Positions 1 through 11,613 of a stretch of 30,641 nucleotides of DNA are shown here, in pieces. The notes under the pieces are model-generated. The model was not told the origin of the DNA. It saw only the letters and a list, made by a program, of their open reading frames with translations, and did no database searches. The stretch is from Candidatus Velthaea sp. (lineage in GTDB: Bacteria; Vulcanimicrobiota; Vulcanimicrobiia; Vulcanimicrobiales; Vulcanimicrobiaceae): assembly GCA_050012475.1 (NCBI GenBank), contig JBEKHC010000062.1:1-30641 (forward strand). The letters are read 5' to 3'. Position 1 is the stretch's first letter; each line of letters starts with the position of its first letter. Both the position numbers and the translations under genes were made by a program.

Positions 1-15
1 AACCGTATTCGCCAC
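1..15 (-). CDS. Possible 5' end of ATP synthase epsilon subunit (truncated by window edge)
   Basis: GTG GCG AAT ACG GTT (M-A-N-T-V) lies right after the expected end of atpD, where atpC normally starts. Only 5 codons are visible, so this rests on synteny. Confidence 0.3.
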
Positions 16-108
16 GTAATAAACCATCGTGCACATCTTTTCGGCGATGGCATTGACCTCGACGATCCCGCCCACCATGTAGAACGCCTGTTCCGGCAAA
101 AGATCGAG

Positions 109-1621
<1,513 letters not shown>

Positions 1622-1642
1622 TACTTGCAAAAACTTCGCTCC

Positions 1643-2049
1643 CGCCCTCCGGGCTCCGCGAAGTTGTTTGACACCCCGCCATCGCAACATCGCCTCCCCC
1701 CGCTCTCGTCTCCGGAAACCGGAAACGTCGAACAGGGAAGCGCGCAGAGCGAGGCGCGATCAAAAAAAACGGGACGGAGGCTGTCTTTGATTTTGGGACT
1801 GAGACGAGTTTCGGAAATGAGACAAGTTTCGGAACTGAGACGAGTTTCGAGACTGAGACGAGTTTCGAGACTGAGACGAGTTGCGGAAGCGAGATGCGAA
1901 ATCTCGCTAACACCAAGTCGGACGCTCCGGCGGCTCGAACGTTGCAGCGACGCGCGGCGCCCTGTCGCTCCACCCAGCTTGACGATGATTGGCGGGGTGG
2001 CAGTGTCCGGTGCCGGGGTGTCAAACAACTTTGCGGAGCCAGGATGGCG
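1643..2049. mobile_element. Fold-back/MITE-like non-coding element bounded by 36-bp inverted repeats, between atpG and atpD
   Basis: 1643-1678 CGCCcTCCgGGCTCCGCgAAGTTGTTTGACACCCCG matches the reverse complement of 2014-2049 at 33/36 positions. Inner complementary blocks: 1672-1681/1990-1999 and ~1732-1745/1952-1965. No transposase and no clear TSD, so mobility is unproven. Confidence 0.45.
1797..1886 (+). repeat. Tandem array, 5 x 18 bp, consensus RACTGAGACGAGTTTCGR
   Basis: Units start at 1797 gactgagacgagtttcgg, 1815 aaatgagacaagtttcgg, 1833 aactgagacgagtttcga, 1851 gactgagacgagtttcga, 1869 gactgagacgagttgcgg. Head-to-tail, no spacers. Confidence 0.97.
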
Positions 2050-2081
2050 TCCCCGGCGCCGGATACTGGCCATCCCGCCGA

Positions 2082-2942
2082 TCATCCGCTCAACGCCTCC
2101 GCGCCACCCACGATCTCGAGGATTTCTTTCGTGATGGCAGCTTGGCGGGCGTTGTTCATGGTGATCGTGAGTTCGTCGATCAGTTTTTTGGCGTTGTCGG
2201 ATGCGTTGTTCATCGCCACGAGCTGGGCGGCGAAGAATGAGGCGTTGGTTTCGAGCATCGCGGAATAAATCGTGAACTCGAGATACTTGGGGAGCAGGCG
2301 CGAGAGCACGTATTCGGGCGACGGCGCGAATTCGACCGCGCCTTTGGGGGCGTCGGCTTTCGTTTCGGGCTCTTCGCGGACGATCGGCACGATCTCGCGC
2401 TGCTCGGGCTTTTGCGACATCATCGAGATGAGCTTGGGTGAGATGAGCGTGATGCCGGAGATGCTGCCGGCGACGAAGTCGTCGGTGACTTTGCGCGAGA
2501 CTTCGCGCGCGACGTCGATCATGACGCCCTGCGTGAGCGGCCAGAATTGTTCGGTCGGACCGCGCTGTCGACGTAGGGCGTTGCGGCCCTTGATGCCGAC
2601 GCTGTACCACTGGACGTTGGGCGTTTCGCGGCCGAGAATCTCGGCTTGGCGAATGAGGTTGGAGTTGAACGCGCCGGCGAGGCCCTTGTCGGCGGTCATG
2701 AGGATGACGCCGATCGGGGCGCCTTCGCGGCCGGGCTTCATGAATGGGTGGTCGACGCTCGAGACGCTGGCCATGAGATCGCGCAGCATGGCGGCCAGCG
2801 CGTCGGCGTACGGGCGCGACTGTTTTTGGAGCATCTCGGCGCGCCGGATGCGCGCCGCCGCGACCTGCTTCATCGCCTTGGTGATCTGCTGCGTGTTCTT
2901 CAGCGAGCGGATGCGGTCGCGGAGATCTCTGACGGACGCCAT
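2082..2942 (-). CDS. atpG: ATP synthase F1 subunit gamma
   Basis: RIRSLKNTQQITKAMKQVAAA, TADKGLAGAFNSN, NNARQAAITKEILEIVGGA; lies between atpA and atpD. Confidence 0.98.
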   Translation of the reverse strand: MASVRDLRDRIRSLKNTQQITKAMKQVAAARIRRAEMLQKQSRPYADALAAMLRDLMASVSSVDHPFMKPGREGAPIGVILMTADKGLAGAFNSNLIRQAEILGRETPNVQWYSVGIKGRNALRRQRGPTEQFWPLTQGVMIDVAREVSRKVTDDFVAGSISGITLISPKLISMMSQKPEQREIVPIVREEPETKADAPKGAVEFAPSPEYVLSRLLPKYLEFTIYSAMLETNASFFAAQLVAMNNASDNAKKLIDELTITMNNARQAAITKEILEIVGGAEALSG

Positions 2943-2972
2943 GCTACGCGCCCCCCGAACGTGCGGTGTTCA

Positions 2973-4472
<1,500 letters not shown>

Positions 4473-4517
4473 CGATTGAGGAAGCCTCCAGCTTGGGGCG
4501 CGGTGGTGTGCGCCATT

Positions 4518-5054
4518 TTAGTTCGAGCTCAGCATTCGCGCGAGGTCATCGAGTCGCCCGGCGACGCTGCCGTCGATTTGCTTGTCGCCCAGCGTAATGC
4601 GAACGCCGCCGATGAGGTGCGGATCGACGCTTTGCGTGACGTCGAAGGTGGTGTTGTAGCGCTGCGCGAGTTTGTCGACGAGCTCGCGCAGCTCCCCGGG
4701 ATCGAGTTCGCGTGCGCTTTCGATGCGCAGCGGGGACGCGCCCCGGCTGCGCTCTTCGAGCAGGTCGTACTGAGCCACGATCTCGTCGAAGATCGCCTCC
4801 CGGCGTTTGCGAACCAGCAGCAGCACGCTGTGCAGCGCGATCACGTGCAGCCCGCCGAACGTCTGCTCGATGACCCCGGCCTTCTCTTTGCGATCGACCA
4901 CCGGCGAGCGGAAGAACTTGCGCGCCCGCTCGTCGCCGTCGAACACGCTCTTGATGACGTGCAATTCCGTGCGGACCTGCCCGATCGCGTCCGCATCCTT
5001 GGCCAACCCAAAAATCGCGGTGGCATAGCGTCGGGCAAGCGTTTCGTTTGCCAT
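4518..5054 (-). CDS. atpH: ATP synthase F1 subunit delta
   Basis: LARRYATAIF N-terminus, VDPHLIGGVRITLGDKQIDGSV C-terminus; position in operon. Confidence 0.96.
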   Translation of the reverse strand: MANETLARRYATAIFGLAKDADAIGQVRTELHVIKSVFDGDERARKFFRSPVVDRKEKAGVIEQTFGGLHVIALHSVLLLVRKRREAIFDEIVAQYDLLEERSRGASPLRIESARELDPGELRELVDKLAQRYNTTFDVTQSVDPHLIGGVRITLGDKQIDGSVAGRLDDLARMLSSN

Positions 5055-5573
5055 CTAGGAGTCGCTTTCCGGCCGGGCGCCGAGCAGCTGCTGAACCGTT
5101 GCGCCGACGAGTTTTGCGTTGACGGCGGCATCGATGCGCGAGTCGGCTTTGGTGCGGGCCAGCTGCAGGGCCCGGTCGATGAATTCACTGCGCAGCTGGG
5201 CTCGCGCCGCGATGCGGCCCCGGTCCAGTTCGCCGTGGGCATTGGCGACGGCTCGCTCGCCGTCGGCCTGGGCTTCAGTCTGCAGCCGTTCGCGCTCGCG
5301 CGCGGCGTCGACCGTGGCGCGCGCTTTGATCGCCTGTGCATCGCGATCGGCGGCTTCGACCTCGCCGCGCGCCTTCCCGACCTCGGCTTTGAGGGTCTCG
5401 CGCCGCTGTTCGGCATGGACCAAATCGGCGTTGCGCGCGATCTGCGTGGCGCGGACCGCGGGCAGCGCGTATTTCATGAAGAGGAGAATCGCGACCGCGA
5501 CGAAGGCGAAACCGCCGACGATCTCGCTCCACTGCGCGAGCCGGTCGAAGAAGGTGGGAATTGCCGTTTCCAT
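5055..5573 (-). CDS. atpF: ATP synthase F0 subunit b
   Basis: Single N-terminal hydrophobic helix followed by a long Ala/Glu/Arg coiled coil; abuts atpH. Confidence 0.88.
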   Translation of the reverse strand: METAIPTFFDRLAQWSEIVGGFAFVAVAILLFMKYALPAVRATQIARNADLVHAEQRRETLKAEVGKARGEVEAADRDAQAIKARATVDAARERERLQTEAQADGERAVANAHGELDRGRIAARAQLRSEFIDRALQLARTKADSRIDAAVNAKLVGATVQQLLGARPESDS

Positions 5574-6007
5574 CAGGCGGCCACCGCCGGGCCGAGCGCC
5601 CGGTTCAATAACGTGTCGGCAAGGGTTTCGACGATCTGCTGCTCGCCCGCGCGGGCGTGAGCGATCTCGCCGGCGACGGCCGTTTGCGCTTCGTGCGCGA
5701 TCTGCGCGGCCCGCGCCGTAAAGTCGGCGCTGATGGCGGCCGCCTCGGCTTGGCCTTGCGACCGGGCTTGGGCGATCACGCCGTCCGCTTCCCGGCGCGC
5801 GGCAGCGCGCCGCTCTTCGGCTTGAGCGCGCAGCAATTTGATATCCGCCTCGTATTGTTCGATGTCACGCGACACTCCGTCGATGTACGCTCGGCGCTTG
5901 GCAATCGCCGCGCCGACCGGCTTGAGAAAGATCGCGTTGAGCACGACGAGGAAAACGAGAAAGTTAACGAGTTGGACGACCAGCGTCCCGTCAAGTGAAA
6001 GCAGCAC
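5573..6007 (-). CDS. ATP synthase F0 subunit b' (second b-type subunit)
   Basis: LDGTLVVQLVNFLVFLVVLNAIFLKPV is a typical b/b' N-terminus, then coiled coil; stop overlaps the next start (TGATG). Confidence 0.9.
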   Translation of the reverse strand: MLLSLDGTLVVQLVNFLVFLVVLNAIFLKPVGAAIAKRRAYIDGVSRDIEQYEADIKLLRAQAEERRAAARREADGVIAQARSQGQAEAAAISADFTARAAQIAHEAQTAVAGEIAHARAGEQQIVETLADTLLNRALGPAVAA

Positions 6008-6063
6008 GGAATTCTCTCACGCCCGCCGCGGCCGGCGCAGCGAGCCTAGCCGAGGCAACGACA

Positions 6064-6351
6064 CTAGTGGACGTTTTTGAGCAGGGTCCCGACGAGACCC
6101 GGCACGTTGGCGACAACGAAGAAGAGATAGAATCCGAGCACCAGCGCGATGATCGGAAACGCTTCCAAGATGCCGACACCGAGGAAGAAAAATGTGAAGA
6201 TATTACCGCGCGCCTCGGGCTGACGGGCGATCGCCTCGACGGCTTTCGATGCGACGATACCGTCACCGATCGCCGACCCCACGGCAACGCCGAACACGAT
6301 CAGCGCAAAGCCGAGGATCAGGATAGCAACGATCAGGCTCTCAGAGCTCAC
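6064..6351 (-). CDS. atpE: ATP synthase F0 subunit c
   Basis: Two hydrophobic helices, ARQPE loop, essential Glu in GILEAFPII. Confidence 0.97.
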   Translation of the reverse strand: MSSESLIVAILILGFALIVFGVAVGSAIGDGIVASKAVEAIARQPEARGNIFTFFFLGVGILEAFPIIALVLGFYLFFVVANVPGLVGTLLKNVH

Positions 6352-6408
6352 GAAATGACCTTTCTAGAATTTGCGCCGGCGGCGCCCAGAGGTGGTTTCT
6401 GCGGAAAA

Positions 6409-7140
6409 CTAATGTTCCTCGGCGGTTCCCAAGGAGAGATAGACGATGGTCAGCAGAGTAAAGACGAACGCTTGAATCGTTCCGATGAAAAAGTTGAAGA
6501 ACTCAACGCCGAACGGCACGACCGCCGCCGGAATCGACAAGTGCAGCGGGCCGATCGTCACGTTCGCCGCGATGATCGTCGCGACCACGAACAGCAGCAG
6601 ATCGCCGGCTAAAATATTGAACGCCAGCCGCATCGCGAGCACGACCGGGCGCGCGATCTCTTCGATGACGTTGATCGGCAACAGCGCCGGAAACGGCTTG
6701 GCGAGATGGGCAAACGCGTGCAGCCCGTTCTGCCGGATCGCGACAAACCAGATGCCGACGAAAACGGTGATCGCGAAAGCCGCCGTGGTGTTGAGATCGG
6801 CGGTCGGCGAGCCGCCGAAGGGCAGCCCCATCTGCTTGAACGGCAGCAGGCCGAACTCGTTGAGAATCCAGATGAAGAAAAAAATGCCGACGAAGGCCGG
6901 GACGAAGCGTTCGCCCTTCTTGCCGATCGTGCCGACGGCGAGATCAGCGAGATACGAGATGATCCCCTCGAAGGTCGCTTGCGTCTTGTTGACGCGTTGT
7001 CCGCGATACGACGACCCCAGCCAGTAGAAAAATGCCCATGAGAGGACCATGACGAGCCAGGTCGTCAGGATCGTATCGGCATGGACGCCGCCGAGCCCCG
7101 GCAGCTGCCAGAGCGGATGCTCACCGACTTTTTCGTGCAC
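6409..7140 (-). CDS. atpB: ATP synthase F0 subunit a
   Basis: SPTADLNTT, PINVIEEIARPVVLAMRL (conserved Arg), IQAFVFTLLTIVYL. Confidence 0.97.
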   Translation of the reverse strand: MHEKVGEHPLWQLPGLGGVHADTILTTWLVMVLSWAFFYWLGSSYRGQRVNKTQATFEGIISYLADLAVGTIGKKGERFVPAFVGIFFFIWILNEFGLLPFKQMGLPFGGSPTADLNTTAAFAITVFVGIWFVAIRQNGLHAFAHLAKPFPALLPINVIEEIARPVVLAMRLAFNILAGDLLLFVVATIIAANVTIGPLHLSIPAAVVPFGVEFFNFFIGTIQAFVFTLLTIVYLSLGTAEEH

Positions 7141-7143
7141 TCT

Positions 7144-7572
7144 CTACCCCGTCGAAATCTCGCGTCGCAACTCGAACGAATACACCACTAGCGGCGCAAA
7201 GAACCCGGCGATCGCGACGAGCATGTACCACCAGGGGTGGTGCACCGCAGCGACAACCGGAACCAAACAGACGAAACCGATTCGCAAAATGTTCTGCAGG
7301 CCATACACACCTCGCGATCGCGCCCGTTCGAGGAGCCGTTCGTTGTTGTGCATGATCAGCAGCATGTTAACGACGCCGCATATTCCCCCCGCAGCTAAAT
7401 CAAGACCTAGCAGCGGCCTCCAAATTGCCGCGCATGCGGCGATTGGGAGGATCACGAGCGCCGACCGTACACCAACGAGCCGTTTACGCGCAAAATAGTT
7501 GCGCAAATGGTCCTCTGGCTCGGCGCTTGGCGTATTGTCGTCGGCTCCGGGTCTCCCCTGCTCGACTTTCAT
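7144..7572 (-). CDS. atpI: ATP synthase protein I (4-TM membrane protein)
   Basis: About four hydrophobic segments with GGICGVVN...LR pattern, ending 3 nt before atpB. Start placed at ATG 7572 to avoid overlap with wecB. Confidence 0.75.
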   Translation of the reverse strand: MKVEQGRPGADDNTPSAEPEDHLRNYFARKRLVGVRSALVILPIAACAAIWRPLLGLDLAAGGICGVVNMLLIMHNNERLLERARSRGVYGLQNILRIGFVCLVPVVAAVHHPWWYMLVAIAGFFAPLVVYSFELRREISTG

Positions 7573-7612
7573 CGCACGGCCGATGCGACTGGCCGCGCAA
7601 GCGGCGCAAACG

Positions 7613-8761
7613 TCACGCCGCGGTGAGAAATTCTGCGGGTTTTGCGCCGCTGCGTAATTTCCACAACAGCCAAGCGACGATACGTTCTGACGCCTTGCCG
7701 TCACCGTAGGGGTTGCTTGCATGCGACATTCGGCTGAAGGTGGCGCCGTCGGTCAGCAGCGTCTGGGCTTCGGCGACGATCGTCGCGCGGTCGGTGCCGA
7801 TCAGCCGCAGGGTGCCGGCGTCGAGACCCTCCGGGCGTTCGGTTTCATTGCGCATAACCAGCACCGGTTTGCCGAGCGTCGGTGCCTCTTCTTGCAGCCC
7901 GCCCGAATCGGTGAGCACGAAGCGGCAGACGCTCACGCAAGCGACGGAGTCGGCGTACGCCAGCGGGGAGACCAGCCGGACCCCGGGCACGCCGTCGAGA
8001 ATTTCGTGAGCGACGGGCGCCACCATCGGCGAGGGGTGGACCGGCCACAAGATTTGCGGATGCTCCGGCAGCTGCGTGATCTGTGCCAAGGCCCGGCAGA
8101 TGTCGGGCATGCGGTCGTGATTTTCGCGGCGGTGCGCGGTGACGTAGATGAGCGGACGCGCCGGATCCAGGCCGGCCAAGGCGGCGGGGGCCGGGCGCGG
8201 GCGACGGCTCGTTTCGAGAAAGGCGTCGATAACGGTGTTGCCGGTGACGACCACGCTGTCGCGGTCGATGCGCTCGGCGTACAGGTTGGCTTTGGAACCG
8301 GACGTCGGCGCGAAGTGATAGCTGGCGATGACGCTGGTCAGCCGGCGGTTGAGTTCTTCGGGAAACGGCATGTGGACCGTGCTCGTCCGCAGACCAGCCT
8401 CGACGTGGCCGACCGGCACCTTGGCGTAAAATGCTGCCAAGGCCGCCGCGCTCGACGTGGTCGTGTCACCGTGAACGAGGACGACGTCGGGTTTGGCTTC
8501 GGCGAGAACGCGCTCCATGCCGGTCAGCACGCGCGTCGTGATATCGGTGAGTGATTGCGTGCGCGTCATGATGTTGAGGTCGTAATCGGGCTCGATGGCA
8601 AACAGCGCGAGCACTTCGTCGAGCATCTCGCGATGCTGCGCGGTAACGCAGACGATCGATTCGACCGCCGGCCCGGCGGCAGCGAGGGCCAGCACGACGG
8701 GGCACATCTTGATCGTATCGGGGCGCGTCCCCATTACCGTCATTACACGCAGCGGTTTCAT
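7613..8761 (-). CDS. wecB: UDP-N-acetylglucosamine 2-epimerase (non-hydrolysing)
   Basis: GTRPDTIKM, VLVHGDTTT, GHVEAGLR, PFPEELNR, TAHRREN, TDSGGLQEEAP, NPYGDG. Confidence 0.96.
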   Translation of the reverse strand: MKPLRVMTVMGTRPDTIKMCPVVLALAAAGPAVESIVCVTAQHREMLDEVLALFAIEPDYDLNIMTRTQSLTDITTRVLTGMERVLAEAKPDVVLVHGDTTTSSAAALAAFYAKVPVGHVEAGLRTSTVHMPFPEELNRRLTSVIASYHFAPTSGSKANLYAERIDRDSVVVTGNTVIDAFLETSRRPRPAPAALAGLDPARPLIYVTAHRRENHDRMPDICRALAQITQLPEHPQILWPVHPSPMVAPVAHEILDGVPGVRLVSPLAYADSVACVSVCRFVLTDSGGLQEEAPTLGKPVLVMRNETERPEGLDAGTLRLIGTDRATIVAEAQTLLTDGATFSRMSHASNPYGDGKASERIVAWLLWKLRSGAKPAEFLTAA

Positions 8762-8851
8762 TACGACTCAATTGTCGGCACTTTTCTTCGATACCCGCTG
8801 CGCGCGTGCCATCCAGCGCCGCGAAACCGCCGCCGTCACGCCGGCCGGGAC

Positions 8852-11393
8852 TCAGGCTGACCCTGCGCCGACGCGGCGCGACAACACCGCGCGCGCGTGG
8901 CTGCCGCCGCCGGAGCGCCCGGAAACGCTGAAATCCAAGGCCAGCGCTGCGATCAAGAACAGCCCGCGACCGTCCTCGGCGTACGGATCGGAGGGCAAGC
9001 CGCCGGCGTGATGAAAACCCGGGCCCCGGTCCAGCACGTGCAGAACGCAGTTGGATCCGGCCCGATCGACGATCACGTCGACCTCCCCGGCCGGCAGCGC
9101 GTGCCGGACGACGTTGCCGATGAGTTCGCCCAACACCAGCTCCGCATTCGCGCGGTCAACCGGCCCGAACCCCTGCCGTTCGAGCGCGAGCACGACGCTG
9201 CCGCGCACGGTTTCGGCCCGCGCCGCGTCGCGCACGTCGAAGCGCCAGCGTTGCGCCCGCGCGCCGGCTTCGCGGCAGGCGATGCGCACGACCAAAATGG
9301 CAACGTCGTCGCTCGTCCCCTCCGGGATGACGTGCTGCTTGATCTGCCGGGCGGGATGATCGCTCGGCTCGGTTGTCACCAACGCCGCCGCCTCGCGGAC
9401 CCGTCGATACCCGTCGAGGACGTCGTGGCCGGCTTCGGTCACACCGTCGGTGTACATCACCAGGGTGTCGCCTTCGGAAAGCGCCCGGGTGTTGGACCAT
9501 GCCCGATGGCCCTCGCGCAACCCGATGAGCAGCGTGGTCGGATCGTGCAGTTCGTCGACGCTGCCGTCCGCCGAAACGACGAGCGGCGGCGGATGACCGG
9601 CGGCCGCGTACACGATCGTACGCTCCACGAGATCGATGAGCCCGACCCACGCCGAAACGTAAACGCCGGGGTACTCCGCGCGCAACGCGCGGTCGGCCGC
9701 GTCTAGAATGCGGACCGGGTTTGCATTCACTTGCGAAACGCCGCGAATGACTTGGCGCATGACGCCGCCGACGACGGCAGCGCTCAGGCCGCTGCCCGAG
9801 ACGTCGCCGATCGAAACCAAAACGCGACCGTCGACGAGTTCGAGCGCGTCGTACCAATCGCCGCCGACCTGCGCGGCGGCGAGCCCCGGATCGTAGACGG
9901 CGTCGAAGCTGCAGCCCGCGAGGTGCGGCAGCCGCAGCGGCAGGACGGCGCGCTGAAACGTCGTCGACCACGTCCGCTCGCGCGCCGCGTCCCGCAGTTC
10001 GGTGACGTCGTGCACGACACCGAAGAGTCCGCACACCTTGCCGTTGGGGTCGCGTTCGCCGCGGCCGGCGATACGCACGTCGCGATGCGTTCCGTCGGGC
10101 CGTCGTATCTGCGCTTCATACCGAAACGGCCGCCCGTCGAGCGCGGCTTGGCGGAGGATCGCTTCGACCTCCGACTCGTACTCGCCGTAGGTAGCGAGGC
10201 TGTCCTCGAAGGTCGGCACCGTGGCTGCCGGCAGTCCCCAAATCCGGTACAGCTCCTCGGACCAAACGCGTTCGCCGGTCACCAAATCGAGATGCCAGTG
10301 CCCGTAGTGGGCGATCTCCCCGGCCATCGTCATGAGCCGGTTGGCCTTGCGCACCTCCGCCTCCGAGCGCCGCTGCTCGGTGACGTCGAGAATGAAACCA
10401 ACCAAACCCGTGCGCCCGCCGTCGCCGCCGGGTTCATTTTGGCCCGACACGCGAACGTCGCGCAAGGTGCCGTCGGGACGCGTGATGCGCGACTCGAACG
10501 TGAACGGTTCGCCGTCTTCGAGCGCCCTCAGCGGAGTAGGCGATGCTTCCGGTCTGCCGATCGATGCGCCAGTGCCCGCAATGCGCCATCTGCTCAGCGA
10601 GGCTCATCAACCGGTTGGCATCGACCAGCGCATCTTGTTCGCGGCGGCGTTCGGTAATATCCGCGACCGACATGACGATGGCAGGGCCGTCGGACGCGTG
10701 CGCGAGGTTGAAATTCACTTGGGCGCAAAACGTCGTTCCGTCGCGACGCTTTCCGGTAAGCTCGCGCTGGGCGCAAAACTGGGTCAGCGTCGCGCCGTAG
10801 TCCAAGGCGCACCAGCTCTTCAAGGCGGCGGCAAGATCGAACGCGTCGCCGCCGAGCAGATCGCCGATCGACGCGCCGACGAGCGCCCCGGATGCACCCG
10901 CAAAGAGTTCCTCCGCGCGCGCGTTCGCGGTCGTGACGAGACCCCGGTCGTCGGTCACGACGAGGCCGTTGGGTTCAGAACTCGAGGCGATCCGGCGCTG
11001 CTCGTGGGCGAACGTCTGCTCCGTAACGTCGCGCACGAGTTCCACGAATCCGGCGGGGGCGCCGTCTTCGTCGCGAAGCAATTCGATGATTACCCGGGCC
11101 CAAAAGCGGCTGCCATCGCGGCGCAGGCGCCACCGTTCGTCTTCGTACTTTCCGCTCGCGCGCGCGATCGCGAGCACCCGTTCGGGTTCGACGTCGGCGG
11201 CCGGCGGGAAAAAGCGGGCGAAGTTCTGCCCGATGACTTCGTCGGGTGCGAACCCCGTGATGCGTTGAGCGCAGGCGTGCCACGTCACGATCGTCCCGTC
11301 GAGATCCAACTCCGAGATCGCGAGGTCGAGGATCCGTTCGAGCACCGGAGCCCCTTGAACGCTCGCGGCTCGCAGGTCACCGCGAACGTTCAT
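8852..11393 (-). pseudogene. Multi-PAS sensor fused to SpoIIE/PP2C phosphatase and RsbW-like HATPase; split by a frameshifting internal deletion near 10528
   Basis: Upstream ORF (10434-11393/11441) encodes PAS/PAC motifs (WRLRRDGSRFWA; GKRRDGTTF). Downstream ORF (8852-10465) encodes PAS, VGGDWYD, IGDVSGSG, AGHPPP, YTDGVTE, DDVA, ELIGNVVRH, DRGPGF, GRGL. The homologous reading frame switches within the third PAS domain. Confidence 0.8.
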
Positions 11394-11613
11394 CTTCCGC
11401 CGGGCTCGCTCGAAGCGCCGCCGCGCCGCATCCGGCGGCACCGATGTTGTCGGTGACCCAAAACCAATACTCCGCTTTTGCTAAGCTTCAGCCGCCGGAA
11501 TCGATCCTTCGAACTATAAAATGCATGCTGAAGGCGGAAAATGCAACCGGTCGGCCAACGCCGGGCGCAACGGCCGAGTTAAATTTTCGCCCGCCAAGGG
11601 CAGCTTTGCTCGT

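Noticed and set aside
1797..1886. CRISPR array
   Set aside because: Units are 18 bp, head-to-tail, with no unique spacers, and no cas genes are in the window.
8720..8734. GTRPD instead of GTRPE in WecB
   Set aside because: Conservative single change with all other motifs intact; not enough to suggest altered function.
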